Below are positions 37,806-50,881 of a DNA stretch of 64,000 bases, one piece after another. Made by a program: the position numbers and the translations under genes. Origin of the DNA: Octopus bimaculoides (lineage: Eukaryota); assembly GCF_001194135.2 (NCBI RefSeq), contig NC_068991.1, forward strand, positions 16,339,581-16,403,580. The letters run 5' to 3'. Numbering within the stretch: the stretch's first letter is position 1; each line of letters begins with the position of its first letter. A model generated the notes under the pieces. That model searched no databases and was not told the DNA's origin. It saw nothing but the letters and a program-made list of their open reading frames with translations.

Positions 37806-40800
37806 ACAGGCTTCTTTCAGTTTCCGTCTACCAAATCCACTCACAAGGCTTTGGTCGGCCCGAGGCTATAGTAGAAGACACTTGCCCAAGGTGCCACGCA
37901 GTGGGACTGAACCCAGATCCATGTGGTTGGTAAGCAAGCTACTTACCACACAGCCACTCTTGCACCTTTGTGAATGTTTTTTTTTTTTTGTTTTCACTCT
38001 GTAAACTTATTTTTCATCATCAGCACTGCTGTAAAGCAGTCTTTTGATGACAGTCGACACTCCAAAGTCATCAATAGAATGTTTCTATTTGGCACTGTAT
38101 GACCCCTAGTTGTACAGTGTTATTATCCCCAAAAGGTTGGATCGTTATAATGTCCACTCAGTATCACCATATAATTACTATATCAGCACAAACACAAATT
38201 ATCAACACAGTCTGCACTACTCTTGACTTTCTGACCTTCTTGCTGTCGACCAGCTACTGGTCTATTTATAATGGCTGGCTACAACCACTTTTTACCGGGA
38301 GGGGGTGTACAGTTTCACTATACAACAGTGTGTGTAAGTATCCATCTCTATATATGCATTCTTATATGTGTATATGTATGTGTGGAGAATTCATATGGGT
38401 TCAATAGTCTATAATAGTATCAATAGGCAGCCATGTTTTCAGCAGTAGTGTGTCTTGAAAAATTACTCATTATTAGTGAATGATGTTTTTATGAATTGTA
38501 TTCAACTGTTTTAACCTCCTTTTTATAAAAAAGATACATTTTATATACACCTACCTTTCTTATGAAATGTTCTGATGTGTCTTAATCAATTGCTTTAACA
38601 TCAAATACTTTACTAAAGTTGCTAAACCTTAATATAAAGTAATCACAAATGGGAAAGCATAAAGATGTTAGGAGTCTCTCATTTGTGTGCCTTTTATGTT
38701 AGTGCATTCTTTTTGTTTAAAGAACAATAAACATGTATTTTCCATTTAATCCTCGGTCAATAATCAGTGCCGTTAATTCATATTATCCCTTTTGATCCAA
38801 ACCTGTTTTAGACCACATCTGTGTCTTATGTTACAAACTTCCTGTTTTAAAAATGATCTCAATTAAAATCTTCCATTAAAATTTCATGTTAGCTTGTGTC
38901 TCAAACATCAGATTAATAATAGCAGTTATTTTACTTAATTACTAAATTATTCATTTTCAAAATTGATTGAAACAAAGACAATGTATTCCAATAGAAATAT
39001 AAGAAAGTGGTTAAAATGATTCGAATTAAAGCTCTCCATCAACATTTCAGGTTAATTTATGTATCAAGCAGTTTAATAATTACTTATTTTACTAACTCCT
39101 TCATTATTTTCAAAATTAATTTAAACAAAGAGCTGTGTGGTTAAGAAGTTTGTTTTGCAAACACATGGTTTCTGGTTCAGTCCCACTGCACAGCACCTTG
39201 GGCAAGTGTCTTCTACTATAGCCTTAGGCCAACTAATGCTTTATGAGTGAATTTGGTAGGCATAAACTGTGTGGAAGACTATCGTGTATGTACGTGTCCA
39301 TCCTCACCTCCACCACTTGACAGCCTTGTTGGTTTATTTACCTTCTTGTAAGTTCGCCATTTAGCAAAAGAGACCAATACAGTAAGTACTAGACTTAAAA
39401 ATAAGTCCTGGGATTAATCTGTTTGACTAAAATCCTTCAAGGAGCTCCAGCATGGCTGTGGTGCAATGACTGAAACAAGTAAAAGATAAAAGATAAAGGC
39501 AGTGTATTCCAACAGAAATATAGTAATGTAAAGGTTTACATTGTGTGCTCCAATCCTGATTGTTCATCCAGAAAAAATGGCAGGTTCTGTAAAGTTCCAA
39601 AGACATAGGTTCTATTGCAGAAACTGAAAAATCCTAGCCAAACAGGCTAGACATCCCAAATTAGTGGTTCTTAACATGGGGCACAGCACCCCTTCCAGCA
39701 TAGTGGAGTGCTTGTGAGCTCACAAGGGAGTGGAAATGTCAAGGAGATACTATATAGGATATTAAGTATTTAGAGAAATTGTGGGGGGGGGGTCTAGATA
39801 TGAAATATTTAACCTTTAGCATTTAAATTGGTCGTATCAGACCCAAATATTGTACCTGTTTCATGTTCAAGCTGGCCAGATTTGGTCTCTCTCACCTACC
39901 CTACAATGTCATTCTAGAAATAAACTATTGCAGCATTGAAATCTTGAAGCTATGAGATAATACATGATTAATTCAAAACAATTTGAATAAATAAGCATTA
40001 CATTTAACAGAGCATGAAGGGTTAAACCAAATACAATATTATTTGAAGCACAGTTTCAAAAGAAATAAAGAAAATTTTTGGATTAGAATATGAGTTGGAC
40101 ATTGTGCTGATGACACGACTAGGTCCAATATAGTTTTATTATCATATAAGTCTTTACTTTCCAACCATTCTATTACCAAATTTCTATAGACATACACTCC
40201 CTTTGCTTCCATTAAGCTTAGAATTGTGAGGAACTTTGTAAAAATAACAATGTCATTATTAAACTGGTGTTTGTAACGTAAATTAACATGAAATTTAGAT
40301 GGAAGGATTTAATGAAGATAATTTTCAAACAGGAAATTTGTATCATAGAACCAGGTTTAGTATTGAGCAGCTTGATATCTATCAAGAGTTAATAAGTTTC
40401 ATAAAAATTTAATGTAGAAGGCATTAGTCTATAGAAACGTCTAAAAAGAAGCATATTGGATGATGAGATATTAAAATATGGAAAATAAAACAACTCTGCA
40501 AAATTAGCTTTGTTGATTAATTTTTTTTTTTCCTATACAGAACATGAGGTACGTGGTAATATTAATTGTCATTCAGTAAAAAGGGGGCAGTGAGCTTTTA
40601 AAGACCATTATCTACTCATCACTGGCATTTGTTTTCATCAAGTTTACTATGTATTTGATCTGAGAATAAACCTTACAGTTATACAGAATGTACAAGTTAA
40701 GACAATTGTATATATGTGTATAGTCCAAACTAAAATGATTCTCTGAAATCTCAATAACAATCTTGCAATAAACGTGTTTTTTATTAAGAACTGATATATA

Positions 40801-40963
40801 AATATATATATGTGTGTATATATATATAATGTTTGGATGGCAGTTTTACTTTATTTTTTTCACAGAAAGCAAATTTGTATTTTGCAGAATTCTTGCAGTA
40901 GACATATATTGGGATGTTTTCCCCTTTTTCTTTTCTTTTCTTTTTTTTTTCTGACTTTTTTAG

Positions 40964-41085
40964 GATGACTGGTGTTGGTGGCCGACCTGAGGTTATTATT
41001 GAAGGGAGCAATGATATGAAAGCATGGAAAGAATACCATTTTCTTTACAAACCAGGAAATGTTTCTCGAAGTCCACCAATTGTCA
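40964..41085 (+). CDS. LMF2: LMF2 exon ([40 protein letters not shown])
   Basis: Long pyrimidine tract plus tttag acceptor, A|gtaagt donor, 122 nt, phase 2 to 1. MTGxGGRPEVxxEGS and YKPGN are hallmarks of the LMF C-terminal luminal domain. Confidence 0.96.
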
Positions 41086-42886
41086 GTAAGTATTTGCTTG
41101 AATCACAGTATTTCTTTCAACCTATCATAACCATAATTCTAACAAGAATTCACGCTAGATGTTTCGATATATTTCCAAAGACCATCTTGGTTGTATGATT
41201 AAGAAGTTCGCTTTGCAACTATATGGCTTCAAGTTCAATCTTCTTGCACCACACTTTCAGCTTGTGTTTTTCTACTGTTGCCCTGGGCTGACCAATGCCT
41301 TGTGAGCAAATTTCTTAGATAGAAACTGTAGGAAGCCTATAGCATGTGTGTATGGGGAATTTGCGGGGGGGGGGTGAATACTGACACCCCACAGATTCAC
41401 TTATCACTGCTTGTGGTATGATATTAATATTTCTTGTTTACACTAGGACCAGATGCTCTGCACTTTCTAAGAGCTATAGAAAACGAATCCCTAAGCTGAA
41501 AAATGGGTTAAGAATTGGTGTTAAAGAAAGTATCTAGCTGTAAAGTCCTGTCCCAACCCATGGACAAACAGACATTAGACAGATAAATGATGGAATCTAC
41601 GATCTGGAAAAGTAGTAAATAACCTATGAGACTATGTTTTATATAATTTTAAAAAAATATCCTTAATTGGAATTTAGAAGAGGGAGTCATTTAAGTAAAC
41701 ATTTAGACTGGCTAGATGTTTTGAAATTACTCTTTTACTCTCTCTTTTACCTGTTTCAGTCATTTGACTGCGGCCATGCTGGAGCACCGCCTTTAGTCGA
41801 GAAAATCGACCCCGAGACTTATTCTTTGTAAGCCTAGTACTTATTCTATCGGTCTCTTTTTGCCAAACCACTAAGTGACAGGGACGTAGACACACCAGCA
41901 TCGGTTGTCAAGCGATGNNNNNNNNNNNNNNNNNNNNNNNNNNNNNNNNNNNNNNNNNNNNNNNNNNNNNNNNNNNNNNNNNNNNNNNNNNNNNNNNNNN
42001 NNTTGGTCGGCCCGAGGCTATAGTAGAAGACACTTGCCCAAGGTGCCACGCAGTGGGACTGAACTCGGGACCATGTGGTTGCTAAGCAAGCTACTTACCA
42101 TACAGCCACTCCTGCGCCTAATATTTTAAAATGAGTTTAGCCAAGTAATTATTTTGATTATTTTATTCATGGTTTGTTAAATTTTCAAAATAATTATGGC
42201 AAAGATGTTACTAAAATAATTTTTAATATTTATTGATAGATTTAAACTTGTGTTTTAACTGAGGCTTATGAACATGTTTTGATATGAAATTGTAATGGAA
42301 TTTATATCTTCTAAAATCTTTGGTTTTAGTAAAGGCATCAATTTAATCCTTTTACTGCAGAAAGTAGATATATCCACTCAAAATTTCATTACCCTTAACT
42401 GCAGAAAGCAGTTATATATACCAATCTATCTTTCGTTGATGAATGTCAATGTTTGAAACTATTTTTGTTGAGATTTGTCGAGTTTATTGAGGCAATGTGA
42501 CTTGCAGAAAATACCAATTCTATTTTTTGATAGATCTTTAGCATCGTTACTGGAATAATCAAGGAATTTAATTTCACTGTGAAAGTATTAAATATATACA
42601 CTCAACCCTTTTATTACCATGTTAAATCTCTTTAAAAGAGGAAGTTTGTATCAGAAAGAATGGGGGAAAGGTACTTACTTTGGATGTTAATCGGGGATTG
42701 TATCTGTGGTGCCTCATCAATCTGTGTGGTTGCTTTTTCAACATTTTGGGGATCTTTTCTTGCTAGTACTACTTTGTTCTGTATTGTTATTGCTATTTAT
42801 TGTTTACTCAGCTGGCAAAAATGACTTGTACTAATATTTTGAAGGGCAAGTCTTGTCACATTGAATCTCCCTGAGAACTATGTTAA

Positions 42887-43108
42887 CCCTTTTGTTACTA
42901 TATCTATTTTGAGATGCTCCATGTTTCTTTCAATTAATTTTAAATATAACTGATAATTTAGTAAAATAACTTAGTTATCATTAAGCTGGTGTTAGGGTCA
43001 TAAATTGTGACTACGGTCTGGTGGAAGATTTTAATTCAAAACTTATGAAAATAAGACATTTGTACTACAGAGCCAGAAGCGGTTTCAGCCGGTTTGGTAT
43101 CAAAAGAG
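42887..43108. mobile_element. piggyBac-type MITE inserted at the TTAA of a SINE A fragment
   Basis: GAGAACTATG TTAA|CCCTTTTGTTAC...GGTATCAAAAGAG|TTAA GGGTACATGTGTC; the flanks rejoin to the SINE A consensus. Confidence 0.8.
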
Positions 43109-43480
43109 TTAAGGGTACATGTGTCTGGAGTGCTCAGCCTCTTGCATGTTAATTTCACAAGCAGGCTGTTCCATTGATTGTATCAACTGGAACACTTGTC
43201 ATTGTAACCAACGAAGTGCCAGTTATTTATTGTGCTATATTTATTATTAATATTTCTAAGTCTCTCTAAAGGAGACTGTCCTATATTTGGGACTGCCATG
43301 TTGGCTTGGCGATAATTATAGCTATATTTATTGTTATCTGTCTATTAATGTCTTTCTCATTGTTGTTGATGTCACTCTTTTATTCTATGTAACGACCTCC
43401 ATCCACCATTCCTTGTTTGTTTTCTTTTGTATTTCACCTTTGTACTGTTTACATAAACCTATTCATCCTTATTTCCATAG

Positions 43481-43700
43481 CACCTCATCAACCGCGTTTG
43501 GATTGGCAGATGTGGTTTGCTGCACTGAGTGACTTCCAGAACAATCCATGGCTCTTAACACTTTGCTACCGGCTGCTAACTGGACAAAAGGAAGTATTAG
43601 AGCTTATGGATGAGAATCCTTTCCCAGACAAACCTCCGGTCTACTTGCGTGCCACACTTTACCATTATCACTACACAAGTCCTTACATCATGAGCAAAAA
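43481..43700 (+). CDS. LMF2: LMF2 exon (TPHQPRLDWQMWFAAL...DKPPVYLRATLYHYHYTSPYIMSK)
   Basis: ccatag acceptor, AA|gtaggt donor, 220 nt, phase 1 to 2. PHQPRLDWQMWFAAL hallmark motif. Confidence 0.95.
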
Positions 43701-44194
43701 GTAGGTGTTACTATTCTCAACTCTCACCCTTTGACGTGCAGGTGGAATATTCTACCAGATAGCCACTGTCACCTCATTTTTCTTTGTCTTCCATTGCTGA
43801 TAAAATAATACAACCAGTCTAAAGTTGTTTAACTCTAAGTCAGTCCTGGTCGAGTAGGTCTATGATTGGTAGGCTTCCAACTTTGAGCATCCTACATTTT
43901 AATTCTATATTTTTAAATCTAGAACTGCACTGTCTAATGTGTTTTTTTTTTCCTTTTTAAAGTTATTAGTGTGTGATATGAAGAATTGGCTGCTATTTCT
44001 AATAGATGGAGTGACCATGTAGGGGTTCCTAATTTGCTTTTGGCACTGTTATGTAGCCCCAGGTCAGCCCAGATCAAGCAGCCCTATGGCATGTAAATAT
44101 TTGGTTGAACGATGAGGTACAACTCACATGTTCGTCTTCCCAGTTATATCATGTTTCTGCTTGGCTGAGAACCATGATACTGCATACTCAAAAA

Positions 44195-44764
44195 TGCAGC
44201 AAAGAAACTCCTAAAAGGGGATTATTATGTCTGGGGAGTTAAGTGGCCAGATGTTAGGGATGATGTGGTCACAGAAATTGTCCGACAGCCGTGACTGGGT
44301 TCTCCTGTTTGTGTGGCAAGATGCAGAGTCTTGTTGCCAGACATAGGGTCTTCCAGCAGCCACCCTCTTGACCCAGGGCAGCACTACCTCCTCCAGGCAC
44401 TTGAGGTAGGCCTCCGTGTTGAGTCTGAGGCTGTGGGAAGATGAATGGAGGCATAACATCGCGATCACCCCAAACACCATGATGTTGATTGGATGTTTGA
44501 TTTTTATCACTCTGTGTACATGTCCTCAGATTAACACCCAAACACTCTGAAATGTTCGTATTGGAGCTTCCTACGCGAATGCCAAGCAGTACAGCATGTT
44601 GTTTCCAAATTTCTGGCAGAGTGAATTGTGTCATGGTGCTGTTTTTCTCACAGACGGTGCCCACTGACCCTACTATACTGTGTAGTGGACAAAATCAAAA
44701 ACAAACAATGTGCATGCATGAAATTAAAAATATGAAACTGCAACAGTTTACCCATCGCACCCTG
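44195..44764 (-). mobile_element. Internally deleted Tc1/mariner element, maT (DD37D)-like
   Basis: Terminus CAGGGTGCGATGGG next to TA at 44764-44766. Motifs KHP..MVFGV, RPYVWQQDSA and WPLNSPD. Confidence 0.75.
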
Positions 44765-45750
44765 TATGTATATATATATATATATATATAGCCATCCGGT
44801 TGCACCAGTCCTCAGTCAAATCGTCCAACCCATGCTAGCATGGAATGCGGACGTTAAACGATGATGATGATGATGGCAACACCAGGCTCCAATCTGATTT
44901 GGCAGAGTTTCTACAGCTGGATGCCCTTCCTAACGCCAACCACTCAGAGAGTGTGTATATATATATTAATCACAAGGACACATTAAAGTGTCTCCCCACT
45001 AGAAATGAGAGTTGCTGCTGATATATATATATATCAATGGATTTTCCACAAGTACAAGTGTTTGATTATTTTCGAAGTCAATAGAAATATATATAGACTT
45101 AAGAAATATGGTAAGTATTGATTCTACAATAGATTTTATTTCATTGGAATTATAGTGAAGAAAATATTGATTCTGTATGTCATCATCATTTAACGTCCAC
45201 TTTCCATGCTAGCATGGGTTGGATGATTCGACTGAGGACTGGTGAAACCAGATGGCTACACCAGGCTCCAATCTGATTTGGCAGAGTTTCTACAACTGGA
45301 TGCCCTTCCTAACACCAACCACTCCGAGAGTGTAGTGGGTGCTTTTACGTGCCACCCGCACGAAGGCCAGTCAGGTGGTACTATGAATCTAGTTTGAATG
45401 CATACAGGAGAGTGAACTCATCTTAAAAGGTCATTAGAAAGACCAGGCATTTTGACATTAGATTGGGTGGCTTGTTAAACCTTTTAAATACAGTAATCAT
45501 TATCATTATTAGAAATTAACATTGCAGTATTCATCTCAATTTCATACACATCATCATCATCATCGTTTAACGTCCGCTTTCCATGCTAGCATGGGTTAGA
45601 CGATTTGACTGAGGACTGGTGAAACCAGATGGCTACACCAGGCTCCAATCTGATTTGGCAGAGTTTCTACAGCTGGATGCCCTTCGTATATATATTACAG
45701 AATCTCATTTTTGATATTGTATTAAAACGAAAGTTATTTTTCATTTGAAG

Positions 45751-45862
45751 ATACTCCAAAGACAGTTGGTGGGCCAGGGAGAAGGTCAGCAGCTACATAC
45801 CAATAATTGACAAGAATGACCAGGGTTTACTGCAGTGGTTACAACAAAATAACATCTTTGAG
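45751..45862 (+). CDS. LMF2: LMF2 exon (KYSKDSWWAREKVSSYIPIIDKNDQGLLQWLQQNNIFE)
   Basis: tttgaag acceptor, GAG|gttggt donor, 112 nt, phase 2 to 0. WWxR...(Y/F)xP motif of the LMF2 C-terminus. Translated by hand. Confidence 0.88.
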
Positions 45863-47283
45863 GTTGGTCAATTTATATATTACTAACAATGCACCCTGGC
45901 GTTGCCTGGGTGTTATGATATACAGCCACATTTTTTTACATTCTGATTTCAAATCCTGTGAAAATCAGTTTTGCCTTTTATCTTTTTGGGATCAATAAAA
46001 GATAAAGTACTATTTTAGTACTGGGGTTGTTTAGACTTGAGCCTATAGTAGAAAGACTTATAGTCTTGTTTGCTCTATTAAAGCAGCATATTTCTAAGAG
46101 AATCGGTGTAAACAGAATGAAGCACCTTGCATAAAGAGCACAACACAATGGCTTGTAGTAAGATCTGAACCTGCAACCTTATGGTCAGCAGATCACCACC
46201 TTAATTTCAATCATTAAGATGATTAACCCTTTTGTTACTATATATGTTTTAATACTCTGCTTGTGTTTCAATTTTGACTAACCTCTCCCTAAAAACTAAA
46301 CTATTGGCAAATTTTCTTCAACAAACTCACATAAACAGGGAACATACTATTTCTTCAAAAAAGTATTTTTTTAATAACGTAGTCTTAGATATACCAAGTC
46401 CCAATAATAATAACAACCTTGCATTAAAGGTCTTGTTTAAGATTGTGAACTGGCAGAATTATTAGCACACCACACAAAATGCTTAGCATTTCATCCAGCT
46501 TCACTATCTGAGTTCAAATACTATCACTTGATTGCATTGACACCAGTACTAGTCAAACACTGTAATCAAGTGATCCTCCTCTAAAAAAAAATAAGTTTTC
46601 AGGACTTGAGCCTATAGTAGAAAGACTTATAGCGACATATTCTAAGAGAACTGGTATTAGCAGTCAGAATGAAACATCTTGCACAAAATGCACAACACAG
46701 GCTTGTAGTAAGATCTGAACCTCCCACCTTAGTTAGATAATTGAGATAATTAACCCTTTTGTTACTATATTTATGTTTTAATGTGGAGGCCCAGTGGTTA
46801 GGGCAGCAAACTCGCGGTCATAGGATCGCGGTTTCGATTCCCAGACCAGGCGTTGTGAGTGTTTATTGAGCGAAAACACCTAAGGCTCCGGCAGGGGATG
46901 GTGGCAAACCCTGCTGTACTCTTTCTCTCACTCTTACTTCCTGTTTCTGTTGTGCCTGTAATTCAAAGGGTCAGCCGTGTCACGCTGAATATCCCTGAGA
47001 ACTATGTCAAGGGTACACGTGTCTGTGCAGTGCTCAGCCATTTGCACGTTAATTTCCCCGAGCAGGCTGTTCCATTGATCGGATCAACTGGAACCCTCGA
47101 CGTATGTTTCAATACACTGCCGGTGTTTCAATTTTGAAAATAACAAAGAATTTGGTAAACTAACCTTGTCGTTATTAAGCTAGCATTTGGAGCATAAATT
47201 GTGAAACTATGATAAAAGGTTTTAATTGAAATCACTTAAGAACTGGAAGTTCTTATTTTTGTTTTATTTTCTGTACTTTTCAG

Positions 47284-47433
47284 CCTGTTGAGTCTCATAG
47301 CAATGCAAATTGGTTGATGAAATCTGTGTCAGCGATACGAGAATTAGTTGGACAGCCAGATGGATTCCTTGTGACGATATCTCTATTTTGTACTGGATTT
47401 GTCTTGAATGTCACTAAGTATTTCTTATTTTAA
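47284..47433 (+). CDS. LMF2: LMF2 last coding exon (PVESHSNANWLMKSVSAIRELVGQPDGFLVTISLFCTGFVLNVTKYFLF*)
   Basis: ctgtacttttcag acceptor, phase 0, 49 codons then TAA at 47431-47433. Terminal hydrophobic helix as in LMF2. AATAAA hexamers near 47935 and 47990. Confidence 0.8.
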   Translation, partial: PVESHSNANWLMKSVSAIRELVGQPDGFLVTISLFCTGFVLNVTKYFLF

Positions 47434-48310
47434 GCTGTGCTGCCCTTTACATGTTCCTCTGTCTTTCATTTGCTTTGGGGTTTTTTTTTCTTTTAATTTT
47501 TTTTACTTTCCTTCTATCCTTTCCCTCCTCTCACCACCATCCTATCCACACTCCCCTCTGTACTCTTTCTTTTCTTTCTGCTTTGTGAAATTCTCTGTGA
47601 GACGGTTCCATTGTCTTTAAAAACATGCTGTCAAATCAGTTCATAGACTAAACCATTCAATATTAACAACGATGACAACAAAAGCAGCGGATTATCAAGG
47701 ATTAACAGCAACGTTGATGATAGCAGCAGCAGCATATTGTAAAGAACGGCAATGTAATTGATAATTACACCACCACCCCAACAACAACATCATTCGTAAC
47801 AACATTTACAATGTCAAAACTCTGTTAGCAGTAACATCACCAACAACAATAATAATGAAGAAAACAACAACAGTAACATCAACCACCACTTCCACCACCA
47901 CCATTGACATGTAACTAAACAATTATTTAAAGTAAAATAAAAAGAAAAAAATTTTATATATAAAAAAAAAGATGACAAAAAATAGGCAATAAATCAGTAT
48001 TTTTACCCCCCTAAATAGATTCCCCCCCCCTTTTTTTTTTCTTTCCTATTATCCATAACCTATTTTGTATAGGATTTGAATGTTGCTCAAGTCGACATTG
48101 CCTTTTCATCTTTCTGAGTTTGATAAAATAAATGTCAATGAAACAATTACTGCTGTGGATATAGTTGATTATACAATACCACTGAAGATGGTTATCAGCA
48201 TGGTTACAGTTCAATGACTGAAACCAGGTGAAGGAAAAAATACTGATAGGAAACTGGGGGGTTTTATTGTATTTTAAGGATTGTGGACTTTTGGGAAGTT
48301 ATTAGCCTTT

Positions 48311-49200
48311 TTCTGAACAATGCTGGAAGTATGGTAAACATATTGTGAACAATTCTTGTTAGCATGGTAAATATTGTGAACAGTGCTTCTGAGCATGGTA
48401 AACAATGCTTGTTAGCATTGTAAACATCCATGAACACTGCTAGAAGTACAGTAAACATTTGTAAACAATACTGTAAGCATGGTAAACATTTCTGAACAAC
48501 ACTGTGAGTATGAAGAATATAAGTGTGAACAATGCTTATTAGCACTTTGAGCATTTGTGAACAATACTGGAAGTATGATAAACTTTGTGGACCATACTGT
48601 ATGGTAAACAATGCTGTAAGCATGGCAAACAGTGAATAGTACTGTATGCATTGTAAACATGAACAATACTTATGAAGAATGTTGTTAGCATGGTAAAAAG
48701 TTGTAAGCAAAGCTTACAAGTGCAGGATATATTTGTGAACAATGTTAGCATGGACAATATTTACAGTGAGCATGATAAACATTTATGAGCAATGCTTGTT
48801 TTAATGGTAAACATGAACAATACTGTAAACTGGGTAATCATTTGTAAACAGTGAGTAAACCTGAATGAACTCTGAACTATTTGTTTGCTCAGTAAACTTT
48901 TGTAAATAATAGTGTGAAACATTCATGGACACTGCTCATAAGCATAGCAAACAGTTGTGAACAGTGCTGAAAGCATAGTAAACATTTGTGAACAATGCTC
49001 ATAGCATAACAAACAGTTGTAAACATTTGTTAACTGTTCTCATAAGCATTGCAAACAGTTGAGAACAATGCTTGTTATCTCAGTGAACAACTGTGTAAAC
49101 ATTTGTGAACAGTGTTCATAAGAATGGTAAACAGTGGTGAACAATGTTATAAGCATTGTAAACATTTGTGAATAATGCTCATAAGTACAGTAAACAGTTG
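48311..49200. repeat. Degenerate ~31-bp tandem array, consensus about AGCAT(G/T)GTAAACATTTGTGAACAATGCTT
   Basis: Recurrent GTAAACA and TGTGAACAATGCT words over about 900 bp downstream of the LMF2 stop. Confidence 0.8.
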
Positions 49201-50450
49201 TAAAGAATTTTCGTTAAAATGGAGTTTTCTTGAACCCATTGAGTACAGTTGACAAGTGAAAATACTGCTTTAAAGTTTGAACCTGCTGTTATCAATACTA
49301 ATAAATGCACTGTAACTTTAAAAAAAGAAAGATGGAATATTTTAAAAAATCATTATAAGTGAAAAAATGGCTATTTTATTTAAGAAAAGAAAAGCAAAAC
49401 TAAACTGGAAGAAGGCAAAGTGAGTTAAACAGGAAAAATGAAAGAGTAAAAGTGTTGTGGTTATTTCATTTTGTGTTTTTTTGCATTCAAATCTTGTTAA
49501 GAGTTGACTTTTCCCTTTCAAACTCCTCAGTTGCTGAAATCCCATATATTCTGACATACAAATCGATGTGGTATATAGTGTAAATGTGTTATATAAACAT
49601 TCAAACATTCTCACCGTCTTTCCAAATCCTGTTCTATTTCACATGGAATTTTTGGTCCTCCAATGCCATCTTGGTGTTATACACCAAGTCAGCTACCATT
49701 TTTGGCTGTAACTTTTGGTCTGAAAAATTCATCTTGTATGTCAGAAATTATGGTAATAGTATTTGTATACATTTGCACTACAAGGGCAGTTACCATCTTA
49801 TGTAGAATTCTGTGACTATATAAGTCATATTTATGAATAATGAAAAAATAATGGTTATAATTATAACAAAAATTAATAACTAATATTGGTTCCATAACAA
49901 AATTGTCTCCTGAAACTTTTTTTTTTAAATAAAGACAAATTCTCATTTCCATATTTGATTTAAATGTTATAGTAGTGAACGGAAAACAAGGCAAAGCTTC
50001 TATTAAAAAAACAAAACAATCCTTTGGTTAATATATTTTCACAATCCTCATCATGCTGAGGTTTAATTGCTATTTAAACTATAAATAACACAGTGATCTC
50101 CCTTGCGATGTGAAAGTATGCGCACTGAAGCAATATCTACAAATAATTTTATATTTGGTTAGTTAAGTTCTCATTTCAAATCACACCATGGTTGACTGTC
50201 TTTCATTTGTCTAAAATCACTGAAATAAGTAACAAATGAAATAAATTTCAGTTCTCTTACAATTTTCTCACCGCAAGGGAGGTCACTGTGTTATGTATTT
50301 CTGTTACACAGTGTAAATAAGCAACATTTGAATTGAGTCGACGTAATCGATTATGTATATCCTTAAGAATAGAACCCTTCATTTCTAACGTGTTATATCT
50401 AAAAAAGGAAATGAAAATTAAATGTGTTCAGCTGTTAAAGTGTGTATGCA

Positions 50451-50654
50451 ATTAATGAGTCCTTTGAACATTAGCCTGTTTAATTAATGCGCACCTTTGA
50501 TGATAATTCTGCACGATTAAGTCCGACCTTTGAACATATGTCTGTTCAATAAGTCCTATGCTGGCTCGTTTGATAATAGGTCTCTTCAATTAATGCGGAC
50601 CTTTGATGAATGGACTGTTCATTTACTGCGGTCCTTTGGTCATAGGTCTATCCA
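50451..50654. repeat. Six degenerate 32-40-bp units (mostly 33 bp), ATTAATGCGGACCTTTGA...CTGTTCA
   Basis: Units start at 50451, 50483, 50516, 50549, 50589 and 50622. Partial echoes at about 50722 and 51128. Confidence 0.75.
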
Positions 50655-50881
50655 AATACAGAGGATCCATGATCGTAGAAGTATTCAGTTATTGGGGGTT
50701 TTTTGATCTTGGGTTTACCCAATTAAGTCCGACGTCTGGACAGAGGCTTCAATTGACGTTAAACTTTAATCATAAGTCTGTTTAGCTAATGCAGGCAGTT
50801 TACAATACATCGGTTTAATCAATGCTGAACTTCCGTCATAAGTCTGTTAATTACTAGTGATTGTAGTGGCGCGAAATTATA

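Noticed and set aside
47660-47910. N/S/H-rich low-complexity stretch resembling a prion-like domain
   Set aside because: It lies after the LMF2 stop, has stops in the frame I translated, and is best read as a degenerate (AAC)n tract in the 3' UTR.
48311-49200. CRISPR array or C2H2 zinc-finger cluster (TGTGAACAATGC reads CEQC)
   Set aside because: Eukaryotic context, no unique spacers and no cas genes. The period is about 31 bp rather than 84, frames are closed, and there are no HxxxH motifs.
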